Shown here one piece after another: positions 39,310 to 49,361 of a DNA stretch of 54,376 nucleotides. The notes under the pieces are model-generated. The model was not told where the DNA came from and did not search any database. It saw only the letters and a list, made by a program, of their open reading frames with translations. Position numbers and translations under genes: made by a program. The stretch is from IMG/VR virus record IMGVR_UViG_3300032295_003395; one strand, written 5' to 3'. Position 1 is the first letter of the stretch; the number at the start of each line of letters is the position of its first letter. This DNA comes from an uncultured virus (IMG/VR IMGVR_UViG_3300032295_003395). Taxonomy: Duplodnaviria; Heunggongvirae; Uroviricota; Caudoviricetes.

Positions 39310-40143
39310 ATGGATTTAAATGAAATGAGAAACCGACTGTCAGCAATGCAGTCAAAACAATCTGGTAAAGGCAGCGGAGAGAAAAAATCTGTCTTTTGGA
39401 AACCATCTGTTGGTAAACAAGTTGTTCGCGTAGTACCTTCTAAGTACAACAAGAAAAACCCATTTACAGAAATGTATTTCCATTATGGTATTGGTAAAAA
39501 TACTATGGTATCTCCAATTAACTGGGGTGACAAAGATCCAATCGTAGAATTTGCAAAACAATTGCGTACAACTAGCGACAAGGAAAACTGGCGTTTGGCT
39601 AAGAAACTTGATCCTAAAATGCGTATTTTTGTTCCTGTAATTGTACGTGGTGAAGAATCAGAAGGTGTTAAACTATGGCAATTTGGTAAAGAATTGTACA
39701 TGGATTTCTTGAACCTTGCTGACAATGAAGATGTTGGTGATTTCACTGACGTAATGAGTGGTCGTGATATTACATTGACTACTGTAGGTCCTGAAGTAAC
39801 AGGTACAAACTACAACAAAACAACAATCATGCCTAAAGTTAAAGAAACTTTGTTGGCTGATGATAAAGCAACTATCGAAGCATTGTTGGAAAATCAACCA
39901 AATCCTATGGAAGTATTTAAAAAATACTCATATGATGAAATGAAAACAGCTCTTCAAGAATGGTTGACTCCTGAAGATGAGTATGAAGAAGGTGCTATCA
40001 TCGATGATGAAAAAGAAGAAGAAGTAGTTCCACAATCAACTGGAAAAACTTATTCAATCAAAACTCCTGCTGCTGCTAAAGTAAGTAAAGCAGATAAGTT
40101 TGATTCATTATTCGAAGAAGAAGACGACGATTTACCATTTTAA
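39310..40143 (+). CDS. Single-stranded DNA-binding protein (T4 gp32-like)
   Basis: FWKP..G..VVR, DPIVE, GVKLWQFGK, GDFTD..GRDI motifs; acidic tail ending DDDLPF. Confidence 0.88.
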   Translation: MDLNEMRNRLSAMQSKQSGKGSGEKKSVFWKPSVGKQVVRVVPSKYNKKNPFTEMYFHYGIGKNTMVSPINWGDKDPIVEFAKQLRTTSDKENWRLAKKLDPKMRIFVPVIVRGEESEGVKLWQFGKELYMDFLNLADNEDVGDFTDVMSGRDITLTTVGPEVTGTNYNKTTIMPKVKETLLADDKATIEALLENQPNPMEVFKKYSYDEMKTALQEWLTPEDEYEEGAIIDDEKEEEVVPQSTGKTYSIKTPAAAKVSKADKFDSLFEEEDDDLPF

Positions 40144-40154
40144 TCTAAACACAC

Positions 40155-41237
40155 ATGGCAAGAAGTAAAAAAAGCGAATCGCTAACGGCTGCTCTCTCCT
40201 CTGAACTTAAATCAAAATTTGATTTAACTAAGTTTAAGGAAAAGAAAATGCTCAATTCAAATGTTAAATTTAAAGAGCAAAAATGGATTCCATTGAGTTC
40301 AGCATTCCAGGATGTAACCTCAGTACCAGGAATTCCTATGGGCCACATTGTACTTCTTCGCGGACACAGTGATACAGGTAAAACAACCGCTATGATTGAA
40401 GCAGCGGTTTCAGCTCAGAAAATGGGCGTTTTACCTGTGTTTATTGTAACGGAGATGAAATGGAATTGGGAACACGCTGTTCAAATGGGTCTTCATGTTA
40501 ATGAGATTGTAGATGAATCAACAGGTGAAATTTTGAATTACGAAGGTAACTTCATTTATGTTGACCGTGAAACACTACACACTATTGAAGATGTAGCAGC
40601 ATTTGTTTTGGATTTATTAGACGAACAGAAAAAAGGTAACTTACCTTATGATTTATTGTTCCTTTGGGATTCAATTGGATCAGTTCCTTGTGAATTATCT
40701 GTTAAATCAAATAAAAACAATAACGAGTGGAATGCAGGAGCAATGTCAACTCAGTTTGGTAACAATGTTAACCAAAAAATTACATTATCACGTAAAGAAT
40801 CATCACCATACACTAATACATTAGTATGTGTTAATAAAGTATGGACTGCAAAAGCAGAAGTGCCTATGGGTCAACCAAAGTTGATGAACAAAGGTGGATT
40901 TGCAATGTGGTTTGATGCTACATTCGTGGTAACGTTTGGTAATATTTCAAATGCAGGTACATCTAAAATCAAAGCGATTAAAGATGGTAAGCAAGTTGAA
41001 TTTGCTAAACGCACTAACATTCAAATTGATAAGAACCACATCAATGGTGTTCAATCAAGAGGAAAAATTATTATGACTCCACACGGATTCATTAACGATA
41101 CTGATAAGGAACTTAAAGCTTATAAAGATGCACACGCATCAGAATGGATGAAAGTACTTGGAGGTATGGATTTCGATATTTTTGAGGAACAAGATTCATT
41201 TGAACCTGAAAATATCTTTACACAAGAACCGGATTAA
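40155..41237 (+). CDS. RecA/UvsX-like recombinase
   Basis: GIPMGHIVLLRGHSDTGKT Walker A, TE, WDSIGS Walker B, VNKV, KGG, DKNH. Confidence 0.88.
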   Translation: MARSKKSESLTAALSSELKSKFDLTKFKEKKMLNSNVKFKEQKWIPLSSAFQDVTSVPGIPMGHIVLLRGHSDTGKTTAMIEAAVSAQKMGVLPVFIVTEMKWNWEHAVQMGLHVNEIVDESTGEILNYEGNFIYVDRETLHTIEDVAAFVLDLLDEQKKGNLPYDLLFLWDSIGSVPCELSVKSNKNNNEWNAGAMSTQFGNNVNQKITLSRKESSPYTNTLVCVNKVWTAKAEVPMGQPKLMNKGGFAMWFDATFVVTFGNISNAGTSKIKAIKDGKQVEFAKRTNIQIDKNHINGVQSRGKIIMTPHGFINDTDKELKAYKDAHASEWMKVLGGMDFDIFEEQDSFEPENIFTQEPD

Positions 41238-41238
41238 T

Positions 41239-42279
41239 ATGAAAAGAAAAGAATTACTTAAACTCCTTGACAATTTAGTTGAGGAGCAGGAAACAGTCTC
41301 CTCAAACAGATATGATAGAGTACTCCTAATTGATGGTTTGAATTTATTTTTTAGAAATTTTGCCATGATGAATATTGTGAACTCTCAAGGAGTACACGTA
41401 GGGGGTTTAGGTGGTTTTATCCGTTCATTAGGATCCTTAATTAATCAAATACAGCCGACTTCGGTGTTTGTAGTATTCGACGGAATGGGTTCTTCCACAA
41501 ATAGGAAGAACCTACTTCCTGAATATAAATCAGGACGTAACTTAACTCGAATTACAAACTGGGAAGTATTTGAAGATCTAGAGGATGAGGATGATGCTAA
41601 AATAAATCAAATAGTTCGAATTGCTCATTATCTAAAATGTTTGCCTGTTAAAACAGTAGCAATTGATAAAGCCGAAGCAGATGATATTATTGCTTACTAC
41701 AGTGATATTCTCCCTAAAACATATAATTCAAAATGTTTTATTGTTTCATCTGATAAAGACTTTATACAATTGGTTAATGACGATGTTATAGTGTATAGAC
41801 CAATTGAAAAGGAATATTACACCAAAGACACCGTTAAAGAAAAATTCGGCGTATTAGCCGATAATTTTATTTTATACAAGATGCTACTTGGAGACAATTC
41901 TGATAAAGTAGCAGGTGTAAAAGGTTTAGGTGCTAAAGGATTATTTAAGAAATTTCCTGAATTAGCTGAAAGAGTACTAACACTAGATGAGATTTTTGAA
42001 ATAGCAGAACAAAAACATAAAGAACATGTAGTATATGCTCGCATTGCTTTTGAACGTGATAGACTAGAACAAAACTATAAAATCATGAATCTAAAGAAAC
42101 CTTTATTAGACGATAACGATAAAGAATTTTTAGAAGTATTTGCAGAAGACGATACTTTAGTTTTGAATACTGAAGCTTTCTTACGATTTTACCACGATGA
42201 TGGTTTAGGCCATTTAATCAAAAACGTTGAGTTTTGGGTTAACGACACATTTAAAGTATTAAACAGTTTTAATAAATAA
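41239..42279 (+). CDS. 5'-3' exonuclease / T4 RNase H-like flap endonuclease
   Basis: LLIDGLN, VVFDG, YKSGR, EADDII, SSDKDFIQL and GDNSDKVAGVKGLG motifs; ATG 41239 preferred. Confidence 0.93.
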   Translation: MKRKELLKLLDNLVEEQETVSSNRYDRVLLIDGLNLFFRNFAMMNIVNSQGVHVGGLGGFIRSLGSLINQIQPTSVFVVFDGMGSSTNRKNLLPEYKSGRNLTRITNWEVFEDLEDEDDAKINQIVRIAHYLKCLPVKTVAIDKAEADDIIAYYSDILPKTYNSKCFIVSSDKDFIQLVNDDVIVYRPIEKEYYTKDTVKEKFGVLADNFILYKMLLGDNSDKVAGVKGLGAKGLFKKFPELAERVLTLDEIFEIAEQKHKEHVVYARIAFERDRLEQNYKIMNLKKPLLDDNDKEFLEVFAEDDTLVLNTEAFLRFYHDDGLGHLIKNVEFWVNDTFKVLNSFNK

Positions 42280-42284
42280 GTTAT

Positions 42285-43658
42285 ATGACATTAAGTAATT
42301 TATCTCAGTATGGGATTGGGTTTCAAATTAAAGTGCTCTCATCACTTTTAACACATAAGGAATTCTTGTTGAATATCCATGATGTTATTAGTGAAGATTA
42401 TTTCGATAATCAAGCACACCAGTGGATTATTAAAGAAATCCTAAAGTATTATCAAAAGTATCACACTACTCCTTCAATGGATGTGTTGAAAGTAGAGTTA
42501 AAGAAAATTGATAATGAAGTACTACAAGTATCAGTAAAAGAACAACTTCGTGAAGCTTACAAAGCATCAGATGAAGATTTAAAGTATGTTGAAGAAGAAT
42601 TTTCTAATTTCTGTAAAAACCAACAACTTAAAAAAGCGTTGTTATCAAGCGTTAATTTCTTAAACGCGGGAGACTATGATACAATCCGTTCATTAATTGA
42701 TAACGCATTAAAAGCGGGACAAGACAAAAATGTAGGTCATGAGTACAATAAAGAAGTTGAATCTCGTTATAGAGAAGATCATAGAGTTGTAGTACCTTGT
42801 CCTTGGCCTTCGTTTAATGATTTGTTACAAGGTGGATTAGGAAATGGTGACTTTGGATTAATTTTTGGTAATCCTGGTGGTGGTAAATCTTGGACATTAA
42901 TTGCCTTAGGTGGTTATGCTGTTAAAATGGGATATAATGTTTTACACTATACTCTTGAGTTAGGAGAAGATTATGTTGGACGCCGTTATGACGCCTTTTT
43001 TACAAATATTCCTGTAAATAAAATTACTGAAAAGAAATATAGATCAAATGTTGAAGAAGTCATTGGTGATTTACAAGGCCAATTAATTATCAAAGAATAT
43101 TCACCAGGTAAAGCGTCAATGTCGACAATTGAATCACATATCAAAAAATGTATTGACCAAGACTTTAAACCAGATCTAGTTATTATTGACTATGTAGATC
43201 TTCTTCGTTCTAGAAAAACGAATCGTGAGCGTAAAGACGAGATAGATGATATTTATGTTAGCACCAAAGCTTTGGCTCGCGAGTTAAATATTCCTGTTTG
43301 GTCTGTTTCACAAGTAAACCGAGCTGGTGCGAAGGATGACGTAATCGAAGGTGATAAAGCAGCCGGTTCTTATGATAAAATCATGATTACCGATGTAGCA
43401 ATATCCCTTTCTAGAAAACGTCAAGACAAAGTTAATGGTACAGGACGTTTTCACATTATGAAAAATAGATATGGTATGGATGGTATGACTTATAATGTTA
43501 AGGCAGACACATCAACAGGTCATTTTGAGGTTTCTGAACGTGTTGAAGATGATGAAGAAGATTCTACTTCAAATTCATCTGCTCCAACCTTTAACTCTGT
43601 AGATTATATGGATAAAAAGGAATTGCGTAGTAAATTTTTTGAATTAAGTAACGTTTAA
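42285..43658 (+). CDS. DnaB-like replicative helicase (T4 gp41-like)
   Basis: GNPGGGKS, TLEL, IIDYVDLL, SQVNR and KNRYG motifs. Confidence 0.93.
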   Translation: MTLSNLSQYGIGFQIKVLSSLLTHKEFLLNIHDVISEDYFDNQAHQWIIKEILKYYQKYHTTPSMDVLKVELKKIDNEVLQVSVKEQLREAYKASDEDLKYVEEEFSNFCKNQQLKKALLSSVNFLNAGDYDTIRSLIDNALKAGQDKNVGHEYNKEVESRYREDHRVVVPCPWPSFNDLLQGGLGNGDFGLIFGNPGGGKSWTLIALGGYAVKMGYNVLHYTLELGEDYVGRRYDAFFTNIPVNKITEKKYRSNVEEVIGDLQGQLIIKEYSPGKASMSTIESHIKKCIDQDFKPDLVIIDYVDLLRSRKTNRERKDEIDDIYVSTKALARELNIPVWSVSQVNRAGAKDDVIEGDKAAGSYDKIMITDVAISLSRKRQDKVNGTGRFHIMKNRYGMDGMTYNVKADTSTGHFEVSERVEDDEEDSTSNSSAPTFNSVDYMDKKELRSKFFELSNV

Positions 43659-43665
43659 ACAAAGT

Positions 43666-44643
43666 ATGACAAATATTATTAAACCTCGGTTAGTATATAA
43701 ACCATTTGAATACCAAGAAGCAGCTGATTTTTGGCTCAAACAACAACAAGCACATTGGTTGCACACAGAAGTCCCAATGATGTCGGATTTAACAGATTGG
43801 AATTCAAATCTAAATAAAACTGAAAAAAATATCATTGGATCAATTTTAAAAGGATTCGCTCAAACTGAAACAGTAGTAAATGATTATTGGTCAGGGTTAG
43901 TAACTAAATGGTTCCGTAAACCTGAAATTATTATGATGGCTACTACATTTGGTGCGTTTGAAACAATCCATGCTGAAGCTTATTCATTATTGAATGAAAC
44001 TTTAGGTCTTGATAACTTTGATGAGTTTTTAGAAGATGAAGCTACAATGGCTAAAATTCAAAACTTAATGGATGCTAGAGATAGTTTCCAAGGTGAAATC
44101 AACTGGCACGAAGTAGCCAAATCATTAGCAATTTTTTCAGCATTTACAGAGGGTGTTAATTTATTTTCTTCATTTGCGGTGTTGTTAAGTTTTAAAATGC
44201 GTAATAAACTTAAAGGTGTTGGACAAATCGTTGAATGGTCTATTCGCGATGAATCACTCCACTCAGAAGCAGGTTGTTGGTTATTTAGAACATTAGTTCA
44301 AGAAAATCCAAAATTAAAAACTAAGGAATTAGAGGCAGCAATTAATGAAGCCGCATTACTTTCCCTTAAACTTGAACTTGATTTTATCAATAAAGTTTAT
44401 GAACTTGGTGATTTGGAAGGTTGTTCAAAACACGATTTAGAACACTTTATTAAAAATAGAGTAAATACTAAATTAGGTGATTTAGGGTATAAACCAATTA
44501 TTTCAAATGTAGATATGACAGCAGTTGAAAGAATGAAGTGGTTTGATCACTTATCAGCAGGTAAACAACACACAGATTTCTTTGCAAATCGCGTAACTAA
44601 TTATTCAAAAGGTCACTTAACTTGGGACGAATCAATTTTTTAA
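43666..44643 (+). CDS. nrdB: Ribonucleotide reductase class I beta subunit
   Basis: ETIHAEAYS, EGVNLFSSF, RDESLH and DFFANRVTNY motifs. Confidence 0.95.
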   Translation: MTNIIKPRLVYKPFEYQEAADFWLKQQQAHWLHTEVPMMSDLTDWNSNLNKTEKNIIGSILKGFAQTETVVNDYWSGLVTKWFRKPEIIMMATTFGAFETIHAEAYSLLNETLGLDNFDEFLEDEATMAKIQNLMDARDSFQGEINWHEVAKSLAIFSAFTEGVNLFSSFAVLLSFKMRNKLKGVGQIVEWSIRDESLHSEAGCWLFRTLVQENPKLKTKELEAAINEAALLSLKLELDFINKVYELGDLEGCSKHDLEHFIKNRVNTKLGDLGYKPIISNVDMTAVERMKWFDHLSAGKQHTDFFANRVTNYSKGHLTWDESIF

Positions 44644-44649
44644 TAAACA

Positions 44650-46359
44650 ATGGACAATAATTTATCAATAGACTATACACAGTGGGAACGTGGAAAAGAT
44701 TATCCCGAATATTTTGATGAAGTAGCTTTATCAACTATTTCCAAAGGTTATCTACTACCAGGTGAAACACCTAAAAAAGCTTACAGAAGAGTAGCACACG
44801 CTGTGGCGATGCGTTTAAATCGTCCTGACTTAGAAAACAAATTTTTTAAATACATTTGGAATGGCTGGATTGGATTGGCAAGCCCTGTACTCTCGAACAC
44901 AGGGACAGACCGCGGATTACCGATCAGCTGCTTTGGCATCGATACTCCAGATTCAATCAGAGGTATTGGCCTTACAAACGCTGAACTCATGCGACTTACC
45001 TCTTACGGAGGTGGAGTTGGAATCTCCCTCTCAAGAATTAGAGGTAGAGGATCAAATATCACCGGAAACGGAAAATCTGAAGGAGTAGTTCCTTGGGCTA
45101 AAATTTATGATTCAACTATTATTGCAACCAACCAAGGTTCAGTACGTAGAGGGGCAGCATCTGTAAACTTAGATATCAATCATGTTGATATTAAAGAATT
45201 TTTACAAATTCGTAGACCTAAAGGCGATCCTAACAGACAATGTCTTAACCTACACCAATGTGTAGTTGTTGATGATGCGTTTATGAAACGTTTAAATGAC
45301 CGTGATAGTGAAGCTATGGCGTTGTGGTTGGAAATTCTTAAATCGCGTGTAGAGACAGGAGAACCATATATTATGTTTAAGGATAATGTTAATAAAGACA
45401 ATCCATTAGCATATAGAATGAATAATCTTGATGTTAGTATGACTAATATTTGTACTGAAATCACATTACACACAGATGAAGAACATTCATTTATTTGTTG
45501 TTTAAGTTCTTTAAACTTAGCTAAATATGATGAGTGGAAAGATACAGATGTTGTAGAAACAGCAATTTATTTCTTAGATGGTGTAATGGAAGAATTCATC
45601 CAAAAAACAAATGGTAAGGATTCAATGATTCGTTCTCATAGACATGCTAAAAAAGGTCGTGCACTTGGTTTAGGTGTTATGGGTTGGCATACATTTTTAC
45701 AGCAAAAAGATTTACCATTTAATTCAATTGCTTCAACAGCTTGGACACACACTATTTTTAGTGATATTAAAGTTAAAGCTGAAGCTGCTTCTCGTAAATT
45801 AGCTAGTGAATATGGTGAACCACTTTGGTGTAAAGGTACAGGTATGAGAAATACTCACTTATTAGCAATTGCACCAACAGTATCAAATTCCCGTATTAAT
45901 GCATGTTCAGCAGGTATTGAACCTCAACCAGCAAACGTTTATGTGTTTAATGGTGCTAAAGGAACTTTTATTGTTAAAAATCCTGAATTAGAAAAATTAT
46001 TAGAATCTAAAGGAAAAAACACTAATAAGGTTTGGGACCAAATCTTAGCAGATAATGGTTCAGTACAAAACTTATCTAATGAAGTATTAACCGAAGATGA
46101 AAAAGAAGTATTCTTAACATTCCCAGAAGTTAATCAATTAGCTTTAGTACAACAAGCAGCTGCACGTCAACGTTATATTGATCAAACACAATCTTTAAAC
46201 TTAGCTTTTGACCCAACTGATTCTCCAAGATGGATTAATCAAGTACATATGGAAGCTTGGAAATTAGGAATTAAAACATTATATTACCTAAGAACAGATT
46301 CAGTCATTAAAGGTGATTTAGGTTCACGTACTGCTGATTGTTTAAGTTGTGATGGATAA
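44650..46359 (+). CDS. nrdA: Ribonucleotide reductase class I alpha subunit, no ATP cone
   Basis: SPVLSN, PISCF, GGGVG, TNICTEI, CCLSSLNL, IAPT, KTLYY and C-terminal CLSCDG. Confidence 0.95.
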   Translation: MDNNLSIDYTQWERGKDYPEYFDEVALSTISKGYLLPGETPKKAYRRVAHAVAMRLNRPDLENKFFKYIWNGWIGLASPVLSNTGTDRGLPISCFGIDTPDSIRGIGLTNAELMRLTSYGGGVGISLSRIRGRGSNITGNGKSEGVVPWAKIYDSTIIATNQGSVRRGAASVNLDINHVDIKEFLQIRRPKGDPNRQCLNLHQCVVVDDAFMKRLNDRDSEAMALWLEILKSRVETGEPYIMFKDNVNKDNPLAYRMNNLDVSMTNICTEITLHTDEEHSFICCLSSLNLAKYDEWKDTDVVETAIYFLDGVMEEFIQKTNGKDSMIRSHRHAKKGRALGLGVMGWHTFLQQKDLPFNSIASTAWTHTIFSDIKVKAEAASRKLASEYGEPLWCKGTGMRNTHLLAIAPTVSNSRINACSAGIEPQPANVYVFNGAKGTFIVKNPELEKLLESKGKNTNKVWDQILADNGSVQNLSNEVLTEDEKEVFLTFPEVNQLALVQQAAARQRYIDQTQSLNLAFDPTDSPRWINQVHMEAWKLGIKTLYYLRTDSVIKGDLGSRTADCLSCDG

Positions 46360-46370
46360 AATATAAAAAT

Positions 46371-47657
46371 ATGAAAAAATACCTATTACCTATTATAATT
46401 GCCCTATCAGCACTTTCAGTAAGTGTATCGGCAGCATTTTATTCAGTAACTGGTCTCAGCATGTTATTTGCTGGGGCTAGTCTTGCTGTTTTAATTATGG
46501 CTTCTTCATTAGAAGTTGCCAAATTAGTAATTGCCTCTTTATTGTATCAATATTGGGATAAACTTAATAAAGTTTTAAGAACATATTTAACAATAGCAGC
46601 ATGTGTATTAGTATTAATCACATCAGCTGGTATTTATGGATTCTTATCATCAGCATACCAATCAACAGCTACAAAATCAGAAATTATTGATAAACAAATT
46701 GCTGCTTTAGAAACTAAAAAACAACTTTATATAGATTCTCGAGATAATATTCTTAAAGAAAAACAATCTCTTTCTGAATTAAGAGGTACTTTATCTAAAG
46801 GTTCAACAACTCAATATACTGATAGAAAAGGTAACTTAGTAGTTAGAACAAATAATGCTGCTATTCGTAACATTGAAACTGCATCAAAATCAGATGAAAA
46901 ATTGTCTGAAAAAGTAGACGTTGTTAATGATTCTATTTTTAGTTTAGAAAACCAAATTTTAGAAGTTAAAACTAACAGTGAAGCTACAAGTGAATTAGGT
47001 CCTCTTAAATATATTTCTAAATTAACTGGACAACCAATGGATAAAATTATTAACTGGTTCTTACTTGTTATCATTTTTGTATTTGACCCATTAGCTATAT
47101 CTTTGGTAATTGCTGCAAACTTTGCCTTTGCCCAAATTCGTAAAGATCCAATACATGAGTTAGCTGAGGAAGATAAAGAATGGTTAGATGCTCCTTTAGT
47201 TGATGAAACTTTAGAATGGGATGAATATGGTAATCCAACTCCTATTATTGAAGAAGAACCTAAACAAGCAGGAGTACCAGTAATGGTAGATCCTAAAACT
47301 GGTAAATTCTTTTATGAAGAACCTGAATTTATCCAACAATCAGAATCAAGATTAGATTTAGATGGTGATGGTGTAGTTGAAGAAAATGAAATTAAAGAAG
47401 TATTTGATGCTATTGATACTAATGATGATGGAAAAATAGATGATGCTGAAGCCACAGCTTCGGGATTAGACCCTGAAACTATAGATAGATTAAATAAAGC
47501 ATACGAATCACTTCAATCATTAGAAACAATAAACAATGAAAATAATTACGATTTTCAGTGGAAAAAGGATAAAGTAAATGAAGAAATTGCTAATATTAAA
47601 AAAATTATTATGAAGCAATTTAATAAAGAAGATGATAATACTATAACGTATTTTTAA
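46371..47657 (+). CDS. Membrane protein with coiled coil and a C-terminal EF-hand-like pair
   Basis: Three N-terminal hydrophobic helices, coiled coil, another hydrophobic helix (FVFDPLAISL), then DLDGDGVVEENE and DTNDDGKIDDAE. Confidence 0.7.
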   Translation: MKKYLLPIIIALSALSVSVSAAFYSVTGLSMLFAGASLAVLIMASSLEVAKLVIASLLYQYWDKLNKVLRTYLTIAACVLVLITSAGIYGFLSSAYQSTATKSEIIDKQIAALETKKQLYIDSRDNILKEKQSLSELRGTLSKGSTTQYTDRKGNLVVRTNNAAIRNIETASKSDEKLSEKVDVVNDSIFSLENQILEVKTNSEATSELGPLKYISKLTGQPMDKIINWFLLVIIFVFDPLAISLVIAANFAFAQIRKDPIHELAEEDKEWLDAPLVDETLEWDEYGNPTPIIEEEPKQAGVPVMVDPKTGKFFYEEPEFIQQSESRLDLDGDGVVEENEIKEVFDAIDTNDDGKIDDAEATASGLDPETIDRLNKAYESLQSLETINNENNYDFQWKKDKVNEEIANIKKIIMKQFNKEDDNTITYF

Positions 47658-47667
47658 ATATTTATAA
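47658..47667 (+). promoter_or_regulatory. Putative late promoter core ATATTTATAA
   Basis: Intergenic, before ATG 47683. Confidence 0.6.
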
Positions 47668-47682
47668 TAAAATATTATAATT

Positions 47683-48837
47683 ATGTTTCTAGTAAACGAC
47701 CCAGGCCCTTGGCAAAATTTCGTATTAAGAGGAGATAATATTGGTAGACCAATTACTGAAGTTACCCAAAAATATCTTCATGAACAGTTGCAGTTTGAGA
47801 ATTTTATTTCAATGCAACAACAATTACAACTTCAACAGTTTCAAAACAAAGGAGTTATTTCTTCATTAACCCCATCCTTATCTCCCTCATTTTTAATTGA
47901 TACTTCAATAGTAGTAGAAGGAACTACTACAAATGATAATCAATTTCAATTACCCTTAACTAATGTTGGAGTAATTAATTTTACAATTGATTGGGGGGAT
48001 GGAACAACTGATAATATTACTTCATATAATCAAGCATCAACTCTTCATACCTACCCCACTTCAGGTGAATATTCTATTACTATTACTTCTGGAGTTTTAA
48101 GAGGGTGGAGTTTTAATAACAGTGGGGATGCTGTTAAATTTAAAGAAATATATGATTGGTCAGTCTGGGATATAAATACAACAGGATCTTTTTATGGGTG
48201 TTCTAATTTAGTATCTAGTGCAACTAGTGTTCCAACTATTTCAACTAATGATTTGACTCAAACATTTAGAGGTTGTACTAATTTTAATGGTCCTATAGGA
48301 AATTGGGATATGAGTGGGGTTACTAGTTTGTTTAGAATGCTTCAATTTTGTGCCTCATTTAATCAAGATGTATCATCTTGGGATGTTTCAAATGTAATTA
48401 ATTTAGGTGGTTTATTTGCAGGAGCTATACTCTTTAACCAAGATATTACATCTTGGGATGTTTCAAATGTAGGTAGTTTTAGTGGAACCTTTTCAGGAGC
48501 AGCTTCATTTAATCAAGATATTTCGGTATGGGATGTTTCAAGCGCTACTACCATGTTCCAAATGTTTGCTACAGCCGATGCATTCACATATGATATTAGT
48601 AGTTGGGATGTTTCAAATGTTGGAAATTTTACAAGTTTTATGCAAAATAAAACCCCAGCAAATTATTCCTCAACTAATCTAAATGCAATTTACAATACAT
48701 GGAGTGCTTTACCAACTTTACAAAGTAATGTAACAGCTAGTTTTGGCACAATTAACTATACAGCTGCTGGTGCTGCTGGAAGAAATACTTTAGTAACTAC
48801 TTATAATTGGTTAATTACTGATGGTGGTCAAGTATAA
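47683..48837 (+). CDS. PKD-like plus DUF285/BspA-type repeat protein
   Basis: IDWGDG (PKD-like); 25-aa repeats FNQDISSWDVSNV. Confidence 0.82.
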   Translation: MFLVNDPGPWQNFVLRGDNIGRPITEVTQKYLHEQLQFENFISMQQQLQLQQFQNKGVISSLTPSLSPSFLIDTSIVVEGTTTNDNQFQLPLTNVGVINFTIDWGDGTTDNITSYNQASTLHTYPTSGEYSITITSGVLRGWSFNNSGDAVKFKEIYDWSVWDINTTGSFYGCSNLVSSATSVPTISTNDLTQTFRGCTNFNGPIGNWDMSGVTSLFRMLQFCASFNQDVSSWDVSNVINLGGLFAGAILFNQDITSWDVSNVGSFSGTFSGAASFNQDISVWDVSSATTMFQMFATADAFTYDISSWDVSNVGNFTSFMQNKTPANYSSTNLNAIYNTWSALPTLQSNVTASFGTINYTAAGAAGRNTLVTTYNWLITDGGQV

Positions 48838-48858
48838 AAAATTTTTTTAAAATTTCTT

Positions 48859-48898
48859 GAAAGGGATTTGGCTTCGCCGGATCCCTTTCGTATATTTA
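48859..48898 (+). promoter_or_regulatory. Strong hairpin (48859-48889) containing a TTTGG-N19-TATATTTA promoter (48867-48898)
   Basis: GAAAGGGATTTGGC-TTC-GCCGGATCCCTTTC followed by GTATATTTA. Confidence 0.7.
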
Positions 48899-48921
48899 CC
48901 ATGTAATAAAAAATTAAGGTT

Positions 48922-49110
48922 ATGGAATTGACAGTAAGTTTAGTAATGCAGAGTCACTTAAGTGATGCAATGATTGAAATGGATTTTAATCCCGAACAAG
49001 CTAATCACCGTTTGCGTTTTGTAAAATATTTAATTAATATGTTTCCTGATACAAATAAAAAAGTTAACATTGATGAAGTTTATAAACAATTCACATTAGA
49101 TTACAAATAA
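48922..49110 (+). CDS. Small hypothetical protein
   Basis: 62 aa directly after a promoter; GTT-ATG start context. Confidence 0.65.
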   Translation: MELTVSLVMQSHLSDAMIEMDFNPEQANHRLRFVKYLINMFPDTNKKVNIDEVYKQFTLDYK

Positions 49111-49142
49111 TTTGGAAAATCCAAAAATATTCATTATATTTA
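49111..49142 (+). promoter_or_regulatory. TTTGG-N19-TATATTTA promoter
   Basis: Upstream of ATG 49155. Confidence 0.75.
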
Positions 49143-49154
49143 AATAAAAAAGTT

Positions 49155-49361
49155 ATGACAAAAGCAGATTTAGAAAATCAACACATTGATCGAGTTAATC
49201 AAATTATTGACATCAATAATGCTATTGGTGAAGTATGGAGTTACCATCCTGAAAATCCAAATCGAATTGATCCTGTTTCATACCATGCAATTTTGGTTGC
49301 AAAGTTAGAAAAAATGGAGCGAGAATTAAAAGAATTCGAAGAAAAACATTTCAATGTATAG
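49155..49361 (+). CDS. Small hypothetical protein
   Basis: 68 aa with WSYHPENP; has its own promoter. Confidence 0.65.
   Translation: MTKADLENQHIDRVNQIIDINNAIGEVWSYHPENPNRIDPVSYHAILVAKLEKMERELKEFEEKHFNV

Noticed and set aside
37539..46359. Introns, inteins or homing endonucleases in polymerase, helicase, recombinase or nrd genes
   Set aside because: ORFs are contiguous and of normal or short length, with no intein or endonuclease motifs seen.
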